Source: Cenococcum geophilum (Eukaryota). From it: a DNA stretch of 64,000 bases. The notes below the pieces were generated by a model. It searched no databases. It saw only the letters and a program-made list of their open reading frames with translations, and had not been told where the DNA came from. Numbering within the stretch: the first letter of the stretch is position 1; every line of letters starts with the position of its first letter. The stretch lies in the NCBI GenBank assembly GCA_050273025.1, contig CP158636.1, positions 62,001 to 126,000 on the forward strand, given 5' to 3'. A program made the position numbers and the translations under genes. Positions 52,980 through 64,000 of this stretch are shown in pieces.

Positions 52980-54531
52980 TTAATCCACCTCCATCTTATC
53001 TGCCTCCTTAATGGCCTTATTTAGACTATTTAAGAGATTATTTCTAGTAGCCTTAATCGCCCTAACCTTAAGGGGCTGGCCAATTACTAATGGCTAATAG
53101 ATAGTCTCATTAATAATTTCGCAAATTGGTTTTAGGAAAGATACCGTTTTAAGTAAAATTAAATAGACTTAGGCTATAACCTAAGCATTAAATCGATATA
53201 GGCTTGCCGCTATTAGTATAGTATTAACCTTTAAGACGGCGTTAACTTATATATTTATACCACCTTTTAGTAGTACTAGGATAATCCTAGGGCCGACCTA
53301 GTTAACTAAGCTCTTAACGAACTTTCCGCATTAGGTTCTATAGTTTAGTACATTTCTCTTTATAACTAATTCACAACAAATATATTAGATTATCGCCGAT
53401 TTTAGGCCTTTTCCTTTTGTAGTAGGACACCCCTTTAATCTAAGCTCGGTTTTCAGAGCCTTCTTCTTTACTTTCTCCTCTTTAGTGGCTTTACTTATAT
53501 ATATAGCTTCCTTAATAAGCTCGATATACGCGTCCGTAAGTTCGATGTGTATATAAATAATATAAATCTGATAAATAATACTATTGGAGCCTCTAGACAA
53601 TACCTTAGATTTTCTAATAGTTTTAAAGAAGTGTTTCAGAGTACGATTAATTATCCTTCTTACGGCCTCCTAGGCTCGCTCAGTAACTCCCTTATCTAGT
53701 TTATAGTCGTTATGCTTATTATATAACTATATAAGTAAAAAGAGACAACTAAGTGCCGGCTTGCCCATGATCTAACTAAAGAAGAAGTTAGTAATTTTAA
53801 TTATATTGTCTTTGGTTACCCTTATAACGGTCTTCTTATTATTTATTAAAGCGTTAAACTTAAGGAGGCGAACTGTGGCAAAGAATTTATCTCGCGCTCC
53901 CGTAATATATGCAATGTTAACAGCCTCGCTTAGGTTAAACTTAATAGGAAGAAGTCCCTTCTTTCTTGGCTTAGAGACTGTCGTTATATCCTTAGCTCTA
54001 TTTAAGCGTTCCGCTTCCTCTTTAGCAGCAGCTTCCCCCCTATCTTTAGCTTTAGCTTTAGCCTCTCCTCCGTCTTTAGCTTTATCTTCTTTTATAGCTC
54101 CTCCCTCATTGCTTTGCTTAAGAAAGTTTAGAATATCTCTATCTATATTATCTTCGTCTTCACCAACACTGTTATGCCCGCTATTGATATATTTATTATT
54201 ATTACGTTAGGGTTCCTCTTTGGTTTCTAAGGAGTTTTTAGCAGCAGCTATTATTGGTCCAAAGGGTTTATCTTCCATTTCTTCGCTTTTTCCCTTTAGG
54301 GTATCAAGGTATAGTTTAAAGAGACGGATACAGTGTGTATATTGTACTAGGTTATCGTAAAAACCCTCTAAAAGTTTAGACATTCCCTTAAGGATCTAAG
54401 CGCGTATTAGTAAGTGGTCTTGGATTTATTTTATTATAAGGCCCTACCTTAACTACCGCTTCCCTAATAGCTGGCGTTAGCGGAACCTTGCATTAAATGG
54501 ACTTGTTTTTTAGAGTAACTAGATCTGCTAT
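52980..54531 (-). pseudogene. Orphan family P paralogue P1
   Basis: (M)ADLVTLKNKSI; ITNFFFS(Q)IMGKPALSCL; ends KEADKMEVD*; homologous to P2 and P3. Confidence 0.75.
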
Positions 54532-55149
54532 TACGAAGAGCGGTAGCGTTAAAAGTATAGGCTAGGTTGAAGAAATAAGCTTAGCTTTAAAGCAGATATT
54601 AAAGGAAGTAATAGGTTTAGAAGAGGTGGTAGGGGAAAATTTAAATAGGCAATATTGTTGTAAGTATTGTTAAAAACTTAGTGGGGTTGCTATTAACAAC
54701 AGGCCTACCTAACTTCTGCTATCCGACCTCCTTTTAGTATATTAACATGCTAAAATTATAAACATTACACTGTTCTCTTGCGAATTATAAATTCTAATAC
54801 GTAGAGCAATAAGGGTGGGTATACCAATAGTAGCGGTTTAAAAACCGATCCGGAGGGCCCGGTTTGGTAAAAAAGTGGCTATACGTGTTAATTCTAAAGG
54901 GGATGAATTTACGCTATTTAATTAGCGCGACTAACACGCGCTTATAACGAGATATAAAGATTAGTATAGCTACTAGCATAGTAAGGCACTTTGTTTATAC
55001 TAGGTAATCTCTAGTATTTTTATATTATTATATAAGATATTTAGGCATATTAGCATGCTAAAACATTCGCCTTATTCTCTATCTCTGTAAAACGTAGCTT
55101 AAGAACTACTAAGCAATTAAGTTAACCATTACCTAAGTAATTATCCAGT

Positions 55150-56799
55150 AGTTCTCTAAAATGGGTGCTCTCCACTATAAATCTACCTCCATTATATTCG
55201 CATTCTCCGCCTCCACGGCCTCTAATTCCTTAGCATCCTTAAGTAGGCTATCTATAAATATTTTGCTAGTAGTCTTAATCTCCTAAACCCTAAGAGGCTA
55301 ACCAATAATTAACGGCTAATAGATAATATTGTTAACAATTTGGCAGAGCTCTTATAAAACGGGTACCTTTTAGTTTAGGATTAGATAGACCTCGACCAAG
55401 ACTAGAGCATTAAAATTTTATAGACTTGCAGCTATTAGCACTATGCTTATTTATTTACTAGGTGCTAACTTACTTACGAAGCCCGCCTATAGGTATTACT
55501 AGAACAATTCCGGTGCTAAATTCGTCCACTAATACTTAGACAACCTTCCCGCTTTGTACTTTATTAGAGAGTATAGTTTAAGTATATCTAAGCTTGTCAC
55601 AGATATACTTATTAATAGTAGTCTTCTAGCCTTATCTAATATTAGTACTATAGCCCTAAGTCTTAAGTTCCTCTAGTAGTCTCTTCTTCTTTTCCTTTCC
55701 TATTATAGTTAGCTTTTTAGTGGATACCTTAGCAATAAGCTTTATATAAGCTTCTGCTAGATCCTTAAGCATACGGAGGTAATAGATTTGCTAAATAATG
55801 CTATTGTTTGGTCTACTAGCCCTAGTAATAGCTCCTATAGTTGCGAAAAAGTGTTTAAGGGTGGCATACTTAGTGTTCTTTGCTGCCTCGTCGGCTTTCT
55901 TAGAAATTCCCTTATCCGGTTCACCGTTACTATACTTATTATATAACTGCATAAGTGAAGAAAGACGACTAAGTGCTGGCCTGCCCATGATCTAACTAAA
56001 GAAGAAGTTTGTAATATTAACGGCTTTCTCTTCCATAATCTCCTTAATAATATTTTTATTATTTTTCCTTATCTTAACTGTTAGACTGTGAACTGCTGTA
56101 AAGAACTTATCTTTTATAGCAGTAATATTATTAATATTCTAGTTATCGGAGATATCTAGTATAATTGGAAGAAGTTTCCTCTCCTTTATCTGGGAGACTT
56201 TTATAGTAGCTTTCTTTGTGTTTAAACCCCTAGCTTCTTGTTTTACTAAAGCATTATCTCTATATTTAGCTTCCTTTCCTTATTCTGCTGACGCATTACC
56301 TCTATATCTATCTCCCTCCTCTTTTATAGTTTCTTCTTAGTCTATAGCTTCTCCCTTCTTGGCTTCCTTAAGAAAATTTAGAATATTATTGTCCACATTA
56401 TCTTTAACCTCCTCCTCCTCCACTTTATCCTTAGCAGAATTATTATACCCGCTATTAATATAGTTCTTATCGCCGGCTTCGACCTCCGCTATATTCTATA
56501 ACAAGCCCATAGCAGTAGCTATTGCGGTACTAGAGGATTGATTAGTTGTACTTTCTAGCTTTTCCTCAATTCTATTGAGATACCTATTAATTATTTAAAT
56601 TATAATGTTAGTTTACGTAGGATTATCCTAAGCTTAAAGGACCTTATCTATACGGCCGATTTACTAAGGACATATTAGGAGGCATATTTTAGTCTAGTAA
56701 ATTAAAAAGCCTTACTTTAAGTACTGCATCCTTAATAGCTGGCGTTGCTGGTACCTTAAGCGGAATAGACTTGTTCTTTAGGGTGACTAAATCGGCCAT
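55150..56799 (-). pseudogene. Orphan family P paralogue P2
   Basis: Intact ATG 56799 (MADLVTLKNKSI); ORF 55791-55988 MGRPALSRL..LKHFFATI is internal. Confidence 0.75.
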
Positions 56800-57384
56800 T
56801 ACAAAGAGCAGCCGCGTTAAAAGTGGTAAGCTTGCTTAAAGAATAACAATATTTAACTCTAAAGGAAGCAATAGGTTCGGGAGTAGGTAGTAGGGAGAGG
56901 AAGTAGGTGGTGAAGGGAAATAGGCGATATTGTTATAGAAAACTCAAGCGGTTTCCTTAACAACTCGCGACTTGCTTTCGGCATATTAATATACCGAACT
57001 TTTTTTTTACTAATACTACTTCAATTCCCTATAGGGAGCAATTAATGCAAACTTTATAGTCTAATAGTAACTGCCGTGCTGTGCTTATATAATGTATATG
57101 AGGATACTAATACTACTTAGTGCTATGTGGTTAAAATGCATTCTTACTTATTAGTTTTCTTTAGTAGTGTCGATTAAATATCTATATACTAATTATAAAA
57201 AAAGAATAAGGACTCTATCTATTAAATATAGCTCTAAGAGCCTCTATATATATATAGGAAAGGTATAGGAAATAAGAACGAGAAGGGGGTAGGGGGTAGT
57301 AATAGAAATAAGGGGTAGGTGACCAAGTTAATAAGAGGTAGCTAAGTCGGTAACAAGATAACCTAATTTAGGTCGACAGATCTA

Positions 57385-58872
57385 CTATAAATCCACCTCT
57401 ATCTTATCTACGCTCTTTGCTTCATCAGCATCCTTAAGTAGGGTTATTAGAAGTACCTTACCAGTAATCTTAATCTCTTAAATCTTAAGGGGTTGGCCTA
57501 TAACTATCGGCTAATAGACCATTTTACCTATAATATTGCTGAGCTCTATTACAAACTGTGCCTTCTTAAGTAATATTAAATAAACTCAGGCTATAACCTG
57601 CGCTCCGAACCATTGCAGTCTCGCAACTATTAGTATTTACTTACTCTTAAGAAGGCGTTAACTTATACGGCTATACCATTTCTAGGTATTACTATAATAA
57701 TTCCGGCGCTAAAGTGGTTAACTAATAACCAAAGTGCCTTTCCGCCCTGGATTTTGTTGTCTAGTGTATTCCTATTAATAATAAGTTTATAACAAATGTA
57801 GTCTATAAGCGCCGTTTTCAGCCCTTTTCCTTTCTTAGTTTTAAAACCCTTTTTTAAGAGTTTATTTTCTAACGCTATATTTAATACTCTCTACCTTTTT
57901 AAAATCTTCTTCTCCGTCACTTCCGCTATAAGCTTTAAGTATATAACTGTAAGTTCCATATATATATAATTGACGTAAATTTAATATATAACGCTATTAC
58001 TACTTCCTAAAGATCTTACGACATTCCCTATAGTTTTAAAGAACTTCTTAAGCTTAGGGTTTTTAGTATTTTCTGCCGCTATATCCGCTCTCTTAGAAAC
58101 AGCTCTATTGTTCCTATCCGCGTCCTTTTTATTATATAAGGATACTAAGGAGCTTAAGCATTGCAGTGCCGGCTTGCCCATAGTGTGGTAAAAGAAGAAG
58201 TTAGTAATATTAACCGCCTTTTCATCACTTATATCTATTAATTCGGCCTTATTATCCCTTATAACGGTAAAATGGACCTCTTAGATAGCTGTAAAGAAAT
58301 CATCTCTTGCTTCCGTAATATGCTTAACGCTATAAGCTTTAGTAAGACCATATATAATAGAAAAAAGGACTTTTCCTGCTAAAGATGTAATAATAACCGG
58401 CGTATATAGACTTTTAACACTTTCCTTAAGTTCTTTATACTTTTTAGAATTAAAATATCTTAGATTGCTAACCGGATTATAACCAGGTTCCTGTTTTAAG
58501 GGTTCTCTAGCTACCTTTACACCATCGTACTAATTACTAGCGTGCTCCGAACTATAGTTACCTACTATTATAGTGTCTATTATAGTAACTATTTTCGCTC
58601 TGGAGGCTTTATCTACCTCTTCTTCGCTCTTTTCCTTTAAAATATTAAGGTATATTCTAAAGAGGCGGATATAGTATATATATTATACTAGGTCATTATA
58701 AAAATCTTTTAGAAGTTTAGATATTCCCCTAAGGAGCTAAGCGCGTATTAGTAAGCGGTTTTAGATTTACTTTATTATAAGGACCTACTTTAACTACTAC
58801 TTCTCTAATAGTAGGCGTTAGCGGAACTTCGCGTGGAATGGACTTGTTTTTTAGGATAACTAAATCTATTAT
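57385..58872 (-). pseudogene. Orphan family P paralogue P3
   Basis: ORF 57981-58181 MGKPALQCL..LKKFFKTI; same N- and C-terminal motifs as P1 and P2. Confidence 0.75.
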
Positions 58873-59429
58873 TATAGAGAGTGGCTAGGTTAAAAGAAGT
58901 TGGCTAAGTTAAAGAAATAAGCTTAGCTGTAAAGAGAATATTTAATTTTTCGGAACAATAGGTTTAAAAGTAGGTAGTAGGGGAAAATAGGTGATATTAT
59001 TGTGAATGTTTTCGAAAACTCTAAGGTTGCTATTAATAACTAGCTTACTTACCGCCTTTCGGCATAACAACATGCTAAAACTACAATTATTAATCTTCTG
59101 GTGATTTTTCGGAACACTATAACTTTAATATTTATCGTTAATACTGCATAGTCCTAAATATAACTTTAGGTAAGTCCTAAGGGATATTATACGGTATCGT
59201 ATCTATAGAGTTGCCAACTTCGCGACTTAGTATAAAAAGTAGAGGATAGTTCTGTTCGTGCATAGTATATTAGTCTATACTATAACGAGAATAATTTATA
59301 TTGATAATTAGGTGGTCTTTCGGTATATATATATGTCGAAACCACTACTGCTATTAAAAAGTTATATAGGTTTGCTAAGACAGCTACCTAGGTATTTAGA
59401 GCCTACTAATCTTAACTCGCAATACGTGT

Positions 59430-60265
59430 TATTGCCTTTCCCGCCTTTAATTTGTCTACTTTACCTAGCGCTATTTATTTAGTCTATTGCTTAGTAATAG
59501 TGACTCTACCTAATCCTTTTGCTTTCTCTTAGGCTTAGATAGAAAAGAAGTAGTAGTAATTAGCTAGTCTACCTGCTTCTTAAGCTCTGTAATATTATCG
59601 TGCTTCTTTTATACGGTAGGCTTTTTATCTTTAGTGTAATCTTTAGACTGCGGGTCGGACTATAGGTTAGACTACAGGTCCGCGCCTTTTAAGTCAGCCT
59701 CTAGGCTATAGAGAACTAATGGGGTATTAGTATAAGTACAGGCATCTATAACTATACGACTTACTATTATTAATAACCTTAAGGACAGCCCGCTTCTTAA
59801 ATTCTATTAGTATCTCTATAGCGAGTTTAACCTAGTATAGGTTAATGGAACGAGGGTAATTTGTCTAAATAGAGTAATGGCGCTTACTTGCATTTCCATA
59901 CGGACTTTCTTCTTGCTTTTTTCCTTCTTATTATCGCGTTCCGGAAAAAGTGCTATAATAGTATTAGCATTATTCTAAATTAGCATCGCGTATATAATAC
60001 TTACCGTCCCTAACCATATTGAGCATATAATAGCTACTATATTAAAATAAATCTTCAGTATAGAGCTTTAATTGTTATTAATTAGTGTAACAAACCCAAT
60101 CTATTATAGTGGTGCTGCGCGCTTACCACCTCCTTTGCCTATTTAAGTTTATCTTAGTCTCCTATTACGTTAAGATGTTTTATACGTTATTTAGCTAGTA
60201 GGATAAAATAGCGCGGAGAATAAAAGGCAGGAGCCTCCTTTAAAGTATTTTGGTTTTGTTACTAT
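59430..60265 (-). pseudogene. Orphan family Q gene A, copy 1
   Basis: Homologous to 62450-63270; GTAAGC intron donor after the first exon. Confidence 0.6.
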
Positions 60266-60499
60266 AGAATAGAGAAGAGAAGAAGAGTAGAGTTTATAAG
60301 AGGATAGTTAGCGGCAGAGGAATTGTTTTAATTTTAGTATGTTTTTATATCAAAAGTATATTAGCTCCGGCTAGGCTCTTTCTAGTTAGCGCGCTTTGCC
60401 CGTTTTTTGCAGCCTTAATAGGTATAAATACGCTTTTGGCATATTTCTATACTAGAATTTATCAATTATCTACCTTTAGCTAGTATAGTTTACTAAAAG

Positions 60500-61920
60500 A
60501 TATGCGTAAATGCACTAAAAGTAAATAGCTAGGTTCTATTTCTTAGCCTAATATTGGCTTTCTACATAATCTAGCCTAGGAGCCGCTTCCCTATAACACT
60601 CTATAAGCTAGAAATGCCTTTTAAGCCTCTACCTAACTTGACTAATTCCTAACTAGACAGAAAATAATCTTAACTTTCGCTTCTTGTCCGTTCCGGAGGA
60701 AGACATCTTACTAGTTGCCGGTAAACGTCCTTTCTCCTACTTCAAGTTAACAGCCTTCTGGTTTCTGCGATCCTTTATAGGAGTAGAATTAAGTTTAAAA
60801 GGACCACTCTAGTTTACTAAATCTGTAAGTTTATTAATGCTGGCAATATATTTGCTAGCCGTATTACTTTTAGCGACCTTAGTTAATGCTCTAGCATTTA
60901 TCGGGCTCGTATCTTGCTTTAGCTTAGCTAGTATACTAAACTTATTAGACTTTATATCGGAATCTGCCTTAGACCTAGCTATTAATTTATACAATATCGT
61001 GTTATAATCCTTATTCTCTTTAGTGTCGGTATCCTTATTCTCTTTAGTGTCAATATTCTTATCCTCTTTAGTGTTGATATCCTTATCCTCTTTAGTACTA
61101 ATATCCTTATCCTCTTTAGTACTAATATCCTTATCCTCTTTAGTACTGATATCCTTATCCTCTTTAGTACTAATGTCCTTATCCTCTTTAGTGCTGACGC
61201 CCTTACCTTCTTCAGTACCGATGTCCTTATCCTCTTTAGCGTTAATGCCCTTATCCTCTTCGGTATTAATATCCTTATTCCCTTCGGTATAACGGTCTTT
61301 ATTATTATTAAAGTCTTCGTAACCTTTCTCAACTATTAGAGGCCCACGGCTCTTCGCGTTCGTAGTTTCTTTATCTATCTTTTCGCCGAAGAGAACTAAT
61401 AAAGCATTAGCATTGCAATACCGACATAATGGCTGTATTGCTTACTATTATTAACTACGTTAAGAACGGCCCGTTTGTTATATTCTGATAGTGCTTTAGT
61501 AGTAAACTTTATCTAGTATAAATTAGCCATATATTAAAGCCGATTCGTCTTAGTAATATTATATCGCTTACCTATTTCTTAGCATTAAGAAACCCTTTAG
61601 TGGGCTCCTTAAAGTATATTAACTTATCTAGGTATATAGCTAAAGGGTATCAGTGTCGCTTCGATACTATAAATTTATAAAACCTACCCTAGGTAATCCC
61701 ATAAAGGACTATCCGCCTACTAAATTCCATTATCTCTTTAATAGAAAGCTTTAGCTGTTATTAGTTAGTGGTATAAATTTAATTAGTTTTAATAATATTA
61801 CGTACTTACCTGCTCCTTTACTTAGTCCCTTATTACACTAAAGCGTTTTAGTAGTTATAAAGATAGCAAGGAAAGTAGTATATGTAAGCCTTCTTTAAGG
61901 TAGCTGTTTTGGTTGCTGTA
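60500..61920 (-). pseudogene. Orphan family Q gene B, copy 1, with acidic octapeptide repeat
   Basis: First exon and upstream region resemble gene A; 24-bp repeat at 61007-61290. Confidence 0.55.
61007..61290 (-). repeat. 24-bp tandem repeat x~12, probably coding (D-I/T-x-T-(E)-E-D-K)
   Basis: ccttatcctctttagtactaatat units. Confidence 0.9.
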
Positions 61921-62449
61921 AAACAAGTAGAGGAAAAGAGTGGAGTTTTTGAGACGGTAGTCGCGTCGCGGAGGTTGTTTTAATTATCCTACGAAAGGCA
62001 GCTAACAAACTTTAGCGCCTGCCGCTAACAACCCTTTAGCATAATATTATACTAAAATCGTTTCCTATAATACCACAAAACGGCAATAATATATTATTAG
62101 AATGCGGATATTATTATAAATTATTTTAATATACCTAACTAGGTTATAGAGGCCTAGCTATTTAGCGTCTTTAAAACGCTAACAGCATTACTAAATACCC
62201 CGCTACTAATAATAGCTTCAATCTAAAAGGCTTTATAATATAGCATAAAAAGTAAAGGATAGTTCTGTTCGTGCGCATCATATTAGTCTACACTATAACT
62301 AGAATAATTTATGTTAATAATTAGGTGGTCTTTTAGTATATAAACATGCCAAAACCACAACTACCATTAAAAAGTTATATAGGTTCGCTATAACAGCTAC
62401 CTAGGTATTTAGAGCCCACTGATTTTAACTTCTTACATTTATAATATAT

Positions 62450-63270
62450 GCTATTGTCTTTTCTACCCCTAATTTGTCTACTTCGCCTGGCGCTGTTTAT
62501 TCGGTCTATTACTTAGTAATAATAACTCTACCTAATCTTTTCATTTTCTTTTAGGATTAGCTAAAGAAGGACTAGCAGCAGTTCCCTTCTCCTTAAGCTC
62601 TACAATATCATTGGTCTGCGTTAGTACAGTATACTTTTTATTAAGCTCCATATAGCTATCTAGCTTCTTCCTTAATACGAGCCTTTTAGCTTTACTAGTT
62701 TCGGACTATAGGCTCACGCTTTCCAAGTTAGCCTCTAGGCTATAGAGAACTAATAGGGTATTAGCATAAGGTGCAGGCATTTATAATTATAACTTACTAT
62801 TATTAACAACCTTAAGGACGGCCCGCTTCTTAAATCTTATTAAAGTCTCTACGGTGAGTTTAACCTAGTATAAGTTAGTGAAAAGGGTAATTGGTCTGAG
62901 TAATAGCTTCTACTTTTACTTATACCCGAAACTTTTCCCTATTATACTTCTCCTTCTCGTTATTAAGTTCCGGAAAAAGAACTACGAGTATATTAGCGTT
63001 ATTCTATCGCAGTAATAAATATATAGAACTTACTATTTGTAATTACGTTAAGCATATAAAGACCACTATATTGAAATAAATCTTCGGTAGCAAGCGTTAA
63101 CTATTATTAGTTAGTGGAATGTACCTAACCTGTTCGTTATGCCGCGCTTACCATCTATTTTACCTATTTAAGCTTACGGTCTCCCATTTTATATATCCAG
63201 TTAGTAGGTAATTATAGTAAGGATAATAGAAAGCATAAGCCTTCTTTAAAGCATTTGGTTTTGCTACTAT
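62450..63270 (-). pseudogene. Orphan family Q gene A, copy 2
   Basis: Homologous to 59430-60265; ORF 63160-63345 overlaps its first exon. Confidence 0.6.
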
Positions 63271-63499
63271 AGAGTAAAGTAGAGGAGTGGAGTTTTTAGA
63301 AGGATAGTTGGTCGCGTTACAGAGGGTTTGTTTTAATTTTAGCATATTTTTATATTAAAAGCATATTAGCTAGGCTCTTCCTAGTTTAGTGCGCCCGTCT
63401 GTCCTTTATAACCTTAAAAGGTATAGATATATTTTTAGTTCTTATACCATAATTTATTAATTAACCACTCTTTGCTTATATATAGTGTTCTAAAAGGTA

Positions 63500-64000
63500 T
63501 ATTATAAGTGCTCGGAAAGTATATAGCTAGCTTCTATTTCTAAGCTTAATATTAGATATAATTGGGCTTAGGAGCTACTTCCTAATAACAATTTCAAAGC
63601 TATAAATGCCTTTTTAGCCCCTACCTAGCCCAATTTAGTAAATTGCAGCATTTGCTTTATTTCCTTCCCCTTATAATAACATTATTTAGGCTTCTTTGCA
63701 ATCAGGCCTAGCGCAAATATTCCTAAAGTGGGGCGCTTTTTTTTACGTATATTAGGCGAGGAATTAAATAATACTAAATCCATAATAGGTAGACTAGTCC
63801 TACCCATTCTAGTACCCCTAAGGCCCTAACCTTTCCTCTTATCCTTTATAACAACTATACCGGGTACCTTTAGCGTAGTCGCAATATAGTTTATGCTCTC
63901 TCCCGTAGCTGCTAGCTTATTATCGTTTTCACTTATTTTAGTAGTCTTATTTAGCTCGGCTAGTATATAAAAATCGTTAGACCTTATATCGGATACCTTA
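63500..64000 (-). pseudogene. Orphan family Q gene B, copy 2 (3' part; continues beyond window)
   Basis: 63470-63630 is similar to 60490-60635. Confidence 0.5.

Larger units (their letters stand above)
25063..63360. promoter_or_regulatory. Dispersed 24-bp palindrome family TTTCGGCATG-N4-CATGCCGAAA (~25 intergenic copies), function unknown
   Basis: Copies start at 25063, 31205, 35078, 35110, 35138, 39305, 39572, 39764, 42394 (1-nt deletion), 44521, 44570, 48311, 49901, 51607, 51704, 54732, 55040, 56976, 59057, 59318, 60332, 60434, 62034, 62331, 63337; deviations from consensus are mostly C>T/G>A. Confidence 0.88.

Noticed and set aside
53806..54210. Plus-strand hydrophobic ORFs (53806, 55798, 51041) as membrane proteins
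   Set aside because: Antisense shadows of charged minus-strand pseudogenes
60982..61332. ORFs 60982-61332 (-, KRIRILVL) and 61023-61292 (+, SSLVLISL) as real proteins
   Set aside because: Alternative frames of a 24-bp tandem repeat; the probable true frame is the acidic repeat within gene B
1..64000. tRNA/rRNA genes, telomere repeats, or organellar/bacterial origin suggested by AT richness
   Set aside because: None recognised; AT richness is explained by RIP of nuclear fungal TEs and intron-containing genes

Overview
Heterochromatic, AT-rich DNA from a filamentous ascomycete, pervasively mutated in the manner of Repeat-Induced Point mutation (RIP): C>T/G>A changes, TpA excess, and TAA/TAG where Q/W/R codons are expected. 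No gene here is demonstrably intact, and most of the ORF track is artefact or fragments. Bases 1-23,270 are a five-level nest of dead transposons: Gypsy A > Gypsy B1 (plus a TA-flanked MITE) > Copia > Ngaro tyrosine-recombinase retroelement > full-length Gypsy B2. LTRs, split direct repeats and target-site duplications are still readable. Bases ~23,290-64,000 are different: a gene-dense, RIP-degraded array of ~20 small non-TE genes. These include a Spok-type meiotic-driver homologue, a FunK1 kinase, a WD40 protein, a USP-like cysteine protease, a small secreted protein and two expanded orphan families. The main unexplained signal is a 24-bp palindrome, consensus TTTCGGCATG-N4-CATGCCGAAA. It occurs ~25 times, only in intergenic DNA (divergent, tandem and convergent gaps), plus 5 times (N5 form) in a 59-bp tandem array, and I did not see it in the TE nest. 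This suggests cargo of a giant (Starship-like) mobile element organised as palindrome-delimited gene modules. No captain recombinase for the block is visible in the window. Pseudogene coordinates are approximate and protein motifs were de-RIPped by eye.
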